Assembly: GCA_013239625.1 (NCBI GenBank)
Contig: MU053629.1
Coordinates: 654,676-718,675, forward strand
DNA: 64,000 bases
Origin: Lama guanicoe
Taxonomy: Eukaryota
Reading direction: 5' to 3'
Shown here: in pieces, positions 24,029 through 35,432 of the stretch
How the letters are laid out: every line of letters starts with the position of its first letter
Numbering within the stretch: the first letter of the stretch is position 1
Position numbers and translations under genes: made by a program
Notes under the pieces: generated by a model
What the model saw: the letters and a program-made list of their open reading frames with translations, nothing else
Told to the model about the DNA's origin: nothing
Database searches by the model: none

Positions 24029-25599
24029 AGTTCACATCTTCGGTAGAGAGTCTAGTCCAGCTGACCAGCCTGGGAAGAAATGCCTGGGTGTATTGCCAGT
24101 GCTTGCGTGCAAGTCTCGGGGAGGCCGGGATGGAGAGACAGCAGTAGAACTGAAAAGGAGTGACATCATTGTTGGTTGCTGTGTAATTAACTAATTTCGG
24201 TTAAACTTGGCCATCTTCTGATCATCAAAACACAGGCTATATTTAGGTGGACCAAGGGAGTGAAAAAGACAAGAAACTCTTCTATACAAATTCTTGGAAA
24301 CCTTTCTTTGCTGCCTCCTCCTTGGTTTTAACTCCTGACCTCTCTCTGTTAAGATCTCATCGTCTTCTCAGAGGCAGTCCCTCTTTGTAATTCTCTGCAG
24401 CAGATGAGCTCTTGTGATGGCCTAAAAGACAGGCCTGTGCAGAAACATCAGGGGTGGTGATTCAGGGTGGTTGTAATGTGGAGAAGGTAAGGGCCTCCTC
24501 TCCCTGGAGCACCCTGGGGGTCAGGAGCAGTGCACAAGGAACAGAAACTAACCTCTTGCCCCTCAACTTGCTGAAATGCATTTGGTTTTTCTGTTCCCAT
24601 CACCTGGCAGCCTTTGTCTGGGACGATGAACTTTGTTCTTAATTTACTGATAGGAAAATGGCACAGATCGTCTCACTGTCATGTACCATAGTACATACAC
24701 ATTGACTAGATAACCTGTGTTAAGGAATGATTAAGAGTCCTGTCAAAGAGAGAAACAAATGAATATTTAATTTCCTAAATGCTTAAGACAGCTGCCCTCA
24801 AGGCTGCATTTTGCTCTAAGTCTTATGCTTTAGTGCTTTTTTTTTTTTTTCTTTAAACCAAAAGGATATGCCCAGCCTAAATCCCAGTTGCCACACCTTT
24901 AGAGTCAGAGAAAGGACAGAGAACCGGGCGGGAGGAGCACTGGAGAGCAGGGAGCAGATTACCTCACCGTGGGTTATCAGCACCCATTAGAATGCATGCC
25001 TCCAGGAATTGAAAATCTCTCCTGATGGCATTCTTTGCAATCCCAGAGCATGGCTCAGCAAGAATAAATACAGGCACCCTCCTCCCTGCCGGACCCTGCT
25101 CTCAGGGCCGGCCAAGGTAGAAGCAGACTGACCCCTAACCATGGTCACCACCTCTCTGCCGGGCCCCTCGTGGCCCGAAGCCTGCTTTTCTCTCTCCGGT
25201 CCGCTCGTTACCCAGCCTCAAGCCAGATGTGTGGAATGGAATGTGGTTTTCAGTGTGCAGTCACTCAGGTTTGGGTGCCAAGTAGAAATTGTGCAGCCAC
25301 AGCTTTTTTTCTCTGCGAGGTGGGAGCGTAGCCTTGCCGCTCCCAGCGGAGTTGAAGCTCGAGGTTTTGCAATTAAGCATTTCCAGGGCGTACGAAGGAC
25401 GCCAGACCCAGCTCTCCTGAATCGACCTCACCTCGACTGTAAGTATGTTGTCTTGGTCGTCCGTGTGTCTGGATTGGTAAAGTAGATTTCTTGAGAAGAA
25501 AAAGAAGGAAGAAAACCTCTTGGGCTTCTGACACCTCATTCTTGTTGCCTTTGTCTGCGGTCAGTAGGAGGGAAGGGAGCCGGGGTTCTTGGGTTCTGA

Positions 25600-25730
25600 T
25601 CTAAGGAGTGAGCTTGGCACAGCGTGTCACTTTCTAGGTGTTGGCTTTATCACCTGAAACATCAGAGCTTTGGGATCAAATGATCTGTAAGATCACTCCT
25701 AACCCCCAAAGTCCGGAAATCTGTGATTCT
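25600..25730 (+). mobile_element. MIR/MIR3 fragment
   Basis: gtcacttt...cacctgaaa...atgatctgtaagatc...ctgtgattct. Confidence 0.45.
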
Positions 25731-26832
25731 GGTGCCCATGTAGAACTTGTGTCTCCCAGATCCCTGTGAGATTTTGCTGAGTGTGAGAACATTCAGAGGA
25801 GCTGGCCCAGGGTGGAGGGCGCCCTCGTCCTGATGGGACTTGAGCATTTGGCTAAGTGGCTCGACCCTTTCATTGTTAACGCTGGCGTACTAGACGTTCT
25901 GTGACCTGGAATGTTTGCCTGAGAACTGTCGTGCCTGCCAGAAATTTCACCGGATTCGAGTCTGCGGTTTACTGGCGTGGCTCGGCAGCCCCCAGAGCAG
26001 AAGCAGCATTCAGGAGTGAAATACTCTGCCTGTGAACCAACCAGCCTCCCTGATGCTAAATGCTTCCTTTGGAGGAAATAGCTTTTCCCTCTTGAAAATG
26101 AAAAAAAAGCGGTAGATTAGAGCTTGGCCTTCTCGTCTGTAGTTCCCACTCTTTAGGGTCCTGTTCTTGACCAGCCTGGGCCACGTGATATGTGGTTTTA
26201 GGGCCCAGGCTCAAAAAAAAAAAACCCAAAAAAAAAGCAAAACCTTTCTTCATCCTGTTGGTAACGTTCATGAAACTGCAGAACTAGAAAATGCTTCCTT
26301 GGGGTTTACCTGGGCTAATCATCTTGTCATTTTTAGTAAGTTCAGCTAAGGGTTGGTGGCTTGATCGGACATCTGCCTTCCCAATAGGCTGAGAGCATTG
26401 CAGAAGGTAGAAAAGGGTGGGAGGAGTGTGGAGAGGTCAGAGGCAGGAGGAGTGAGCAGCGCCACGGAGAGGCTCAGGCTCTTCCGTTGAACTAGAGCCC
26501 TGTCCTTCCGACCAGAGCAGGTGTGATTGGTGCCGCTGGGATTCAAGTTCCCTTGACGCCAGAGTCCACTCCTGCCATCTGCCTGCTGGGGGTTGGCCTG
26601 TGCTGGGACCACTTTTGTCAGGGCTCCTGCTGGACGGCACCCACCCTGTCTCCCACTCTTATTTCCAAATTACTCTAAAGCCTGTAGGGTCTGGAGTCAA
26701 TGATATTAATAGCACAACTGGATTTGAGCGCCGAGATGGTTCCCTGCCACTTTGCCAGTGCAGCGTTCCAGTGCGGGTAACAGGTGCTAACTCAATGTTT
26801 ACTGAGGACGTGGCAGTTAGGACTGAGGCTGT

Positions 26833-27129
26833 ATAAAAGCAGAAACAGACTCACAGACCTAGAAAACAGTTACGGTTACCAGAGGGGAAAGGGAGGTGGA
26901 GGGATAAAGTGAGAGTTTGGGATTTATCTGTACATAAAGTAAATAAATAGCAAGGTGCTGCTGTACAGCACAGGGAACTATATTCGGTACCTTATAATTG
27001 CCTATAGTGAAAAAGAATATGGAAAGGAATAAACATATATATGTATATATATGAGTCGCTATATTGTACACCAGAAATTAACACAACATTGTAAACAGAC
27101 TGTACTTCAGTTAAAAAAAGAAAAAAACA
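26833..27129 (+). mobile_element. 5'-truncated L1 3'UTR with perfect 11-bp TSD
   Basis: TSD actgaggctgt at 26822-26832 and 27130-27140; gaaacagactcacagac...ctgtacagcacagggaactatatt...poly-A. Confidence 0.92.
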
Positions 27130-27829
27130 ACTGAGGCTGTGTGTATGAATGAGCAGCAGCCACGTAGGGTTTCCACTGGGCCTGGAGGAACGGCAGAATG
27201 GGCAAGGTTACGGTCCAGGTCAGTGCCTGTCCGGTGGAGAAGGGCCTGAGCAGGGCTGTGCAGTCTCAGGGAAGGCTACATTAGCGGGCTTGCGGGGGTT
27301 CCTCTGAAAGTATTAGGATGTGTAATTATGGTCTCAAGCTGCCAAGGCTTGATTGGAATACAGCTGATACTCAGATAGCCTTTAAGCCAACCATGCCCGC
27401 CTACTCTTGCCTTCTTGAAAGGGAGCAATGCTCCTGTCTCAGATCTGGTTTGTTTCATAATGCCAGTGCCTCTGGGTTTTTTGTTCACTGACTGTCTAAA
27501 CTGACTTTTATACACTCATAATGCTAAAACTAAAAGTTTAATTGGTCATTTAACAAGGAAACTTACGTTCTTCTACAAAGCAAACTGCCTTCTCAAATGT
27601 AGCCCTTTGTTAGGAGGGAGGATGCCGCCTCTGGGTCACAGGCTGTTGGTTCCAAGAGTCTTGTACTGAAGGAGGTGGAGCCCAGGGTTGGGGAAGTTTG
27701 GATTCAGGTGTTAACCCTTTGAGGGGTAGCCTGGCATGCATCACAGACCACTTACCTGATCGTCTTCCATTCAGGCCATTAATCAGCTGCATGACTGACC
27801 ATTCAGCGCCACTATGTTATTGCTGCTAA

Positions 27830-28180
27830 TTTTTAAAAAATAAACTTTTGAAGCATGAGATACATAGACCAAAAAAACCCATGTGTGTACAACTCAGTGA
27901 GTTTTCCCAAACTGAACACACCTAAGAAGCTGCAGCCAGATCAAGAAGCAGAGCGTGGCCAGCCCCCAGCAGCCCACCTTGTGCCCCTTCAGTCTCACTG
28001 GCTCCAAAGGGTGACCTGACCACCAACACCTGAACCTGTTTCACCTGTTTTTGTGCTTTGTGCAAATGGAATCGTGCAGCGGGCACCCTATTGTGTCTGG
28101 CCGCTTTACCTAAGGATCATGTCTGTGAAGTTTGCCCGTGTTGTTGAGGATAGCTCTGGTCTGTTTTTTCCCATTGGAGT
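27830..28180 (-). mobile_element. Old L1 (L1ME-like) 3' end
   Basis: gtgtacaactcagtgagtttt...ccagatcaagaagcagagc...aaatggaatc...tgtgtctgg. Confidence 0.75.
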
Positions 28181-28693
28181 CCATTTTGCCGACTTCAAAA
28201 TGGCAGATATGGAAGCCCTGTTTCCATCAGTCATTCAGGGACATCCAGGTGAAAATAACTTAAAGGTTGAAAGTGCCAAACAATGTATTTTTGTGGTTTG
28301 GGAGGGAATAGTCTTCAATGGAGTGGGGGGGAGAGCCAAAGGGTGTGGTCTCAAAAGTCAGGAAGAACGTGGCTCGGCTGCAGGGTTTGGCGGCGTGGCT
28401 CCTGGGGAGTGAAGAGCAGAGCGCCCTCTGAATCAGGAGAGCTGGGGGTTGAGGGACTGAGGTCAGCTTGCCTGTGAGCCACACGTTCGGCTTTATTTCT
28501 TATATTTGCTAACTGAGCCCCTCTGCTTGATGGCAGAGATCATCCTACTAGTTCTCATTCATTGTTTATGATTCACCAGACATTTTCAATATTCCCCTCG
28601 AGGCACCTTCTTTTCACTGGGAGGCAATGACTGCGGCCCAGGAGTGGTCGGTGCTTCTCAGTGGGGTGTCGTCTCCGTGTTGCCTCCCATCAG

Positions 28694-28834
28694 GCTCTGG
28701 ACGGGGATTTCTCTGAAGACAATCGCAATAAATGTCGCATTGCCACCGCCCCCTTAATCGAAGCCGTGGAGAACTTGACAGCGTTTGCATCCAACCCTGA
28801 GTTTGTCAGCGTTCCTGCCCAGATCAGCTCTGAG
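28694..28834 (+). CDS. TLN2: TLN2 exon J, ALDGDFSE...QISSE, R8/R7
   Basis: cctcccatcAG|GCT ... GAG|GTaggg; 141 nt, phase 0-0. Confidence 0.97.
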
Positions 28835-29251
28835 GTAGGGGATCTTTGCAGCAAAGGTAACGCTGAGGTCTTTGGTTAGTTTTGTGTGACACTCAGTGAG
28901 CATGAACAGTTAAGAATTCCAAAAACTCTGTCAGCGTGTAGGGCACTGTTACTGTTGCCAGTGATGATACACGCAGAGTTAATGAAGCTCAGTGTCTGCA
29001 CATCTCTTAAGAGGCAGTGTCTTTGCCTTGTATGTTGAGAACAATCTCTGTGCGTAGGTTTGGGGCTAATTCTCGGTATGTGTCACACTCAAAAATACGT
29101 AAGGAGTGAATCAGCCTCCATGGTTCTCTGCCCTCTGTCTCCTTTCAAACGAGAGAAGTGATGACTTGGTAAAGAACAAGACCTCCTTGGGTCCAGCTGA
29201 CTCATCCAGTCTGTGTGTTCTGCCCTTGACCCTTCTGCTGTTTGGTCCCAG

Positions 29252-29433
29252 GGCTCCCAGGCACAGGAACCAATCCTGGTCTCAGCCAAGACCATGCTGG
29301 AGAGCTCATCATACCTCATCCGCACTGCACGCTCACTGGCCATCAACCCCAAAGACCCGCCCACCTGGTCTGTGCTGGCGGGACATTCCCACACCGTGTC
29401 TGACTCTATCAAGAGTCTCATCACGTCTATCAG
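29252..29433 (+). CDS. TLN2: TLN2 exon K, GSQAQEPI...LITSI(R), R7
   Basis: tttggtcccAG|GGC ... CAG|GTtagt; 182 nt, phase 0 to 2. Confidence 0.97.
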
Positions 29434-29582
29434 GTTAGTAACTCCTCTAGAAATTGCTAGGGCCTGCATCTGACAGGGTAGGAAGAGGATAAGCCCATCA
29501 GGACTTTTATTTAATAGCAATGTGGTTCATCATTATCATCATCTTTTTCTTTACTTCTTTGGGAGCAGTGGTAGCACTTGTC

Positions 29583-29812
29583 ACAACAATAATAGCCAAC
29601 TTGAGCGTTTATTATATCTTAGATACTTTTCCAAGCATTTTACCTGTATTACATTGTTTGTTCATCACAACAGCCTTGTGAAATAGATACTACCATCGTC
29701 TCCATTTTACTAATGAGAGAATTCAGGCAGAAAATCATTTAGGTAACATTCCCAAGGTCATCCCCGGGCCCAATTACTTTAGTCCCAGTCCTTCTAACCA
29801 TTATACCATATT
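29583..29812 (-). mobile_element. MIR
   Basis: aataatagc...tcatcacaacagccttgtga..tccattttac...ggtaac.ttcccaaggtca. Confidence 0.8.
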
Positions 29813-30546
29813 GTCTATGCCTTGGAGCTTAGGCAGAGAGCATTACTATTTATTTACTTAGCAGGATTGGGGCTACCTAACTTTGCTAATAAGACAAAAA
29901 GGTATTCTTTGTCCCACAGTAACTCTGGGCACCTCTAACCTCCTTGGTGATGGTAGGAGTCTGAAAAAATCATCCCATGAGTAGATAAAGCATTTCTGAA
30001 TTTGACCAAAGTTGATAACCCGACAGCATGGAATGCATCCCTTTCCTTGGATATTTTTCATTTTTCAGTTGCATTTGAAACTCAGGACCTCGTTAACTGT
30101 CTTAATGCCTTGCAAAGAAAAATCCACGAAATGTTTTAACTCCTGCCACACCCAGGACTTTGTGAATAGAATACAATGTAGAGAGCGTAGTATATTTGCA
30201 CTGGAAATAGCACTGACTTTTTTTTTTTTAATGAGAGTCCTGTGCTTAAGCCAGTGAATGGAGAATCCAAGACCAAATTGTTTGATTTGCAGTTGCCTGG
30301 CATCAGCCTGAGATGGAGGACAGCACCCTATCCTTTCCACCAGAAATAAGTAGACTTAGCAGAGTGTTAAACTGAGAAATGCACGGGCTCTGAAGACAAG
30401 CGTTGCCAAGCAAGGGTCAGGGATTCACTCCTTAAGGCAGTTGAGTGGGGTCGACAGTAGACAGGGGCTTCTGGCCCATCGATGTGAGCCAGGTGTCGGG
30501 ACTAGAGCTTCATGGAGCCTGTGTCTGACTTGCTCTGTCCCTCCAG

Positions 30547-30679
30547 GGACAAGGCCCCTGGACAGAGGGAGTGTGACTACTCCATCGATGGCATCAACCG
30601 GTGCATCCGGGACATCGAGCAGGCCTCGCTGGCAGCTGTCAGCCAGAGCCTGGCCACAAGGGATGACATCTCCGTGGAG
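30547..30679 (+). CDS. TLN2: TLN2 exon L, (R)DKAPGQRE...DISVE, R7/R9 junction
   Basis: gtccctccAG|GGAC ... GAG|GTaggc; 133 nt, phase 2 to 0. Confidence 0.97.
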
Positions 30680-32918
30680 GTAGGCTGGGGCTCCATGGCC
30701 AGCCTGGAAGCCTCTGGAAACACAGCACCAGGCTTTAGGGATGGGGGAATGGCACCAACATATTTCTGATGCAAGTGTCATCATTAGACCCCCTTCCCCT
30801 GGAACCAGTCTGGGAAGTTTTTGGAGTGGGTAGAGTAAATGCTGAATGGAGAGTGATGGTTTGGTGAAGGGGCATATACTGCATGGGTGGAAAGTTCAAA
30901 TATGGCTGAAATTTGGGGGGGATGATCATTGTCAGATAAGAGTATATCTGTAGGGGGGTTACCATATTCAGTTGAACACTTTCGAGCAGACCTAAGCATG
31001 TAGATTTTGAATACTTCTCTGTCATATTTCATCAGTGCACTTTTTTGACTGATGGGCAAATTCAGCATTCAACCCTATGCATTTGGTCCGTTCAGAGGTA
31101 AACAATTCTGCAGTTACTCAGTATCTCGTATTGGAGGACCTCTTGCATTCTGTTAACTCAGAGCCACTTTGCCCTTTCTTGTCCATTTTTCCACTTTTGA
31201 AGATAGAATTTTCCTACTTTGCTCCGTTAAGTTTTTTCTATGACCTGTCCAAAGCCCCCTGATTTATACTGTTTTCTTTCTGTTGAAAGTGCCTGACACC
31301 CAGAAGGTGCTTAATATACGGATGGTCTGTTTGCTGACGTTTCCCTATTGGCACTGAGCCCCTCAGTAATGAACTTCGGCCCCTGCCTCTCAGCAGGGCC
31401 CAGACTTAGAACTGCTCATTTTTATTAATAGAACTATTTCACTCTAGCTTCGCCGACTTCCCCCATTTCCAAGGAAAGAAAGAAGGAATGTTAACATTAT
31501 TGTTAACCTGTTTCATTAAAGTAGAATGTGCACACAGAGCAGTGTGTCTGTCAGAAGTGTGCAGATCCATGGAGTCCCGCCAGCTAAGCGCACCCTGTAA
31601 CTAGCATCCTGATCAGGAAACAAAGATGGCAGCACCGCCCCACCCCACCCCCATCCTTTCACTCCCTCCCAAAACCTATCCTCTGTCTTGACTTCCTCCC
31701 TGGGAAGAAAACCCCTCCCCTTTATCTGCATGTGCATCCTACTTACAGCGTATTTAATTTAACAAGCCATCCGTAATAAGACAACACTGCTGGAATATCT
31801 TTGACGGTAGTTACGTTATGAGTGGGAAGATAAGGAGTAATTCGCTAAATAAGACCCACGAATGTGTGGAGGTTTCTCTCCACTCACCTCCATCTCTCAG
31901 TTTTTCCTTTTGTTAACCCAGGATTTTGTTTCAAAGTTTGCTCATTGACTGAACTCTGCTCAAATCCCCCACCAGCCCACGTGCAACATTGATCGGTGGA
32001 CGAGTAGCCTGAGTCCCATTTCTCATGAGCAGGGCATTGTCACTTTGTCAGGAATCACCCCATTTCGTGCTGGTGTGTGCAGACCTAAAATGTCCAGCAT
32101 TCTGATCTATTAATCCTGACTGCCAGGCGAGGCCCCTGTGGAGATTTCCGCAGAGAGGTCTGATCTGTCCCGCTCCTCGTTAACACTCCCCATCTTTGAA
32201 TTCCCCGCCCCCTTCATATGTCAGCATAATCTAGATACCTCGCCCCGTCTCTTTATAGCGTGAGTCCAATTCTTTAGGATGGAGAGATTAAACTGTCTCG
32301 TGAGGAGAAATGCCTTGAGGATGCGTTTTTCAACAGTGGGTCCTCATCACCAGATACAGCGCACTGAGCGCCCGACCTGAGCTTCTGGGCATCTCACCTG
32401 GCGTCTTCACGGTGTGCAGTCTGGGAGATAGTCCTGCTTTAAAAGAGCTGATCTCACTTTTACGTCACCCTCCTCCCCACTCCGCTCCTGGGGGGTTCTC
32501 AGTTCTGAGGGCACAGCGACTGGATGTTCCCTGAGACCCTACCATCAGCTCTCTCCATGTGTACAAAGTCGTCTTCCCTTCTTGGAAGGTCACGGCAGTC
32601 CACCTTTCCAGTAATTATGCTGAGTAACCCAAAGTGAAGATGCCAATAACATCAGTTGTCACGATGGTTGCTGGGAAGCCAATAGGAAAAGTGTTCCTTG
32701 TACCTGACTCATGTCCCTTGTGGGTGGCACTGTGGTGGGGGCGGGGGAGGGTCCGGCCCAGGGGATCGGAGGTGTAGAAGTGGCTTGATGACACGTCCAG
32801 GCATTTTGATGTCCATTTCTTGTGGCCTCCCTTATCTTTCACATGGGCCTGTTTAGATCGGTGCAGCTCCAGGGGTTGCCGTTGTAGGGTGACTTTGACA
32901 GCTGTCTCTCCTTATCAG

Positions 32919-33020
32919 GCCCTGCAGGAGCAGCTGACTTCAGTGGTCCAGGAGATCGGGCACCTTATCGATCCCATTGCCACGGCGGCTCGGGGAGAGG
33001 CAGCTCAGCTGGGACATAAG
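32919..33020 (+). CDS. TLN2: TLN2 exon M, ALQEQLTS...QLGHK, R9
   Basis: ctccttatcAG|GCC ... AAG|GTaacg; 102 nt, phase 0-0. Confidence 0.97.
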
Positions 33021-34167
33021 GTAACGTGCGCCCGCCCGGGGGGGTCCTGCTGAGAGTGTGTGAGGAGCAGGTGTGGGGAGGTTGTTATTGATTTTGTGGT
33101 TCTTGTTCCCAAAAGCCTCATGGCAGGGGTTTGGCCTGGGTCACCAGTAGCTTCAACTAGAGAAAACGCCACTCAACCTCTGTCAGCATCTTCTCCAGAA
33201 ATGACCACTTCAGGCTCTATTTTCACGTAGCACTGAGACACAAAGTACAGGGAGATTTTTCTGGGTGTGGTCAGACTTGGCAGCCAATGACCTATTGCTC
33301 TTGACCTTGGCTGGGACAAGACAGAGACTGAGGCTGGCGTTCCTGGCGTGATGTCTGCCATCTTATGTGCTGGCGGACCATCATTCTGGTGTATTTAGGG
33401 TCCGTTCTTCCTCCGCGGCTTCTAACACAGTGTCCGTTTCCACACGTGAGGAAGCAGAGCAGACTTGGCAGACCTCACCCTCGACAGCTAACGCCCCCAT
33501 GTGGCCATTCTGCTCGGCTCCTGAACTCAAAGTTCTGACCCACGTGGTCGCAGGTGCTGAGTGATGTTTTTGCACGTGTGGGGTTCATTTTGCAAATCAT
33601 CCAGGGATGGCTGGCTTGTCAAGAAGTCTGTGCTTCACCAGAGAGAGAGCAGACATTGGGTTTTTAACAACCTGCAGGGTTTCCTAGCTTTCATCAGTGC
33701 AGCCATCTATATCGATGTGCAGATCAAGAAATCCAGTAGCCAAAATCTTCTCTGCGGGTATTGAGTTTAGAAAATCAATGTTCCTGCTTTTTCAAATTAT
33801 AGAGTAGCTTAAGGGCCTACTAAGCTTCCTGCTGGTTCTAAGGAGAGGTGTTTGAGATTGAAAATGGCCGGTGTCTCTCTGCCTTTTCAAGTGTGGAAAA
33901 TTTCATTTCTCAGCTGAGTTCCTTTATAATAAGAAAGGGCTTGTCCACCTGTGTGAAGAGGTTTCTGAGGGTCGGGGGACTGCCCTGGAGGCTGGTGCAC
34001 TGCGTGTGTGACTTCTGCAGAGAGAGTGAGTTTGGCAGACGAGCTAGACATCATTTCAGCAGTTACTTTTGATCCGAGTAGGGATTCGTAAGACAATATT
34101 TCTAGCTTTCTAGGCCAGCATCCTTGTCTCTGCAGGTATGTTGTTAGTATGGAAGATTAATTCCTGT

Positions 34168-34654
34168 TGTTACTGAATCTAAGCGCATACTGCTCACTGC
34201 ACAACAGCCAGTAAATGGAGGGACCAGTGTTGGGGCAAGGAATAGTGACCTTGTTTGGTAAGCCAGCAGACCGAGAAGATGGCGGACTAGTGTCCCAAAG
34301 AACCATCTTGCTTGAGTTAGAATTCCTGCCTCTTTTACACTAAAAGGGGAGGGGGTAGAGTCACACATTTCCTGGTTCCAGTCAGTCTCCAGACGAAATA
34401 TGCTAATTTTTTCCTTCCTGCAGTCATTCTCAGGTGGGCCTGGTCAGGATGTTTCCTGTGAGCTAAACAAAGGTATTTTAGTTGACGCTCATTACCTGGG
34501 AGGCAGGGTTCCCAGAGGTGGGCCAGTGTGTATAATTTAAGCTTATAGGCAAAATCCCTTCAGTGGCTAACTTGTAGCAAAAGGAACAGAATATAAAGGT
34601 TAAAGTAAAAGAAACAGATCCAATGTGGAGTCAGATTTGTTCTTCCCTATTACA
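34168..34654 (-). mobile_element. Solo LTR, ERV1-like
   Basis: TG...CA termini (tgttactgaa ... ccctattaca), 487 bp, 4-bp flanks ctgt/ctat; orientation inferred from resemblance to artiodactyl ERV1 LTRs. Confidence 0.75.
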
Positions 34655-34914
34655 CTATGTCAGTGGATGGCATGAAAAGAGACGTGATATATTTGTGTCA
34701 CCTGAGTTACAGATTTACTCTCGGCCCTTTGGCTCAACCAGCCTCCCCTTCTGAAAGGGCGTTCTGGACAAAGGCAGCCTAGGGGCCCTCCGTCCACAGG
34801 GGTTGTGGGCTGATGACTGGTACGATGCTTCATGGCAGTGCTCAGGTGGGGCCCCAGTTCGGCAGCTTCAACACCACCTGGGAGTGATAAAGGCAAATTC
34901 TCAGACCCCATCTG

Positions 34915-35058
34915 GATTGATTTCCCACATAACAAATTACCGTAAACTGGGGGGCTTAAAACAACAGAAATTCAACCTCTCACGGTGCTGGAGTCCAGAA
35001 GTCCAAAGTCAAGGTATTGGTAGGGCCACATGTTTTCTAGAGGCTCTGAGGCCTTCTG
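34915..35058 (-). mobile_element. MLT1 (ERVL-MaLR) LTR fragment
   Basis: ataacaaattacc..aaactgg..ggcttaaaacaacagaaatt...ctggag.ccagaagtccaaa.tcaagg. Confidence 0.8.
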
Positions 35059-35261
35059 AATAATGAATAAGGTCCTAGGATCTCTCTGTATATTACAGGG
35101 TGACTGTAATTCATGATACTGGGTGTAAAGTAGAAAAATACCAAAGTGAAGCCCAGCAGACCTGCCTCTCCCCATCAGTCCCAGCCCCCACCCCCAGCAG
35201 GGACCCTGAAGGGGACACATGTGTTTACATGATACACCTGTGGCTTTTTTGGTCTCAAAAG

Positions 35262-35432
35262 GTGACACAGCTGGCAAGCTACTTCGAGCCCCTGATCTTA
35301 GCTGCAGTGGGCGTTGCCTCCAAGATTCTGGACCATCAGCAGCAGATGACGGTGCTGGACCAGACCAAGACGCTCGCAGAGTCTGCCCTGCAGATGCTGT
35401 ATGCGGCCAAGGAAGGCGGAGGAAACCCCAAG
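35262..35432 (+). CDS. TLN2: TLN2 exon N, VTQLASYF...GGGNPK, R9
   Basis: ttttggtctcaaaAG|GTG ... AAG|GTacag; 171 nt, phase 0-0. Confidence 0.96.
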
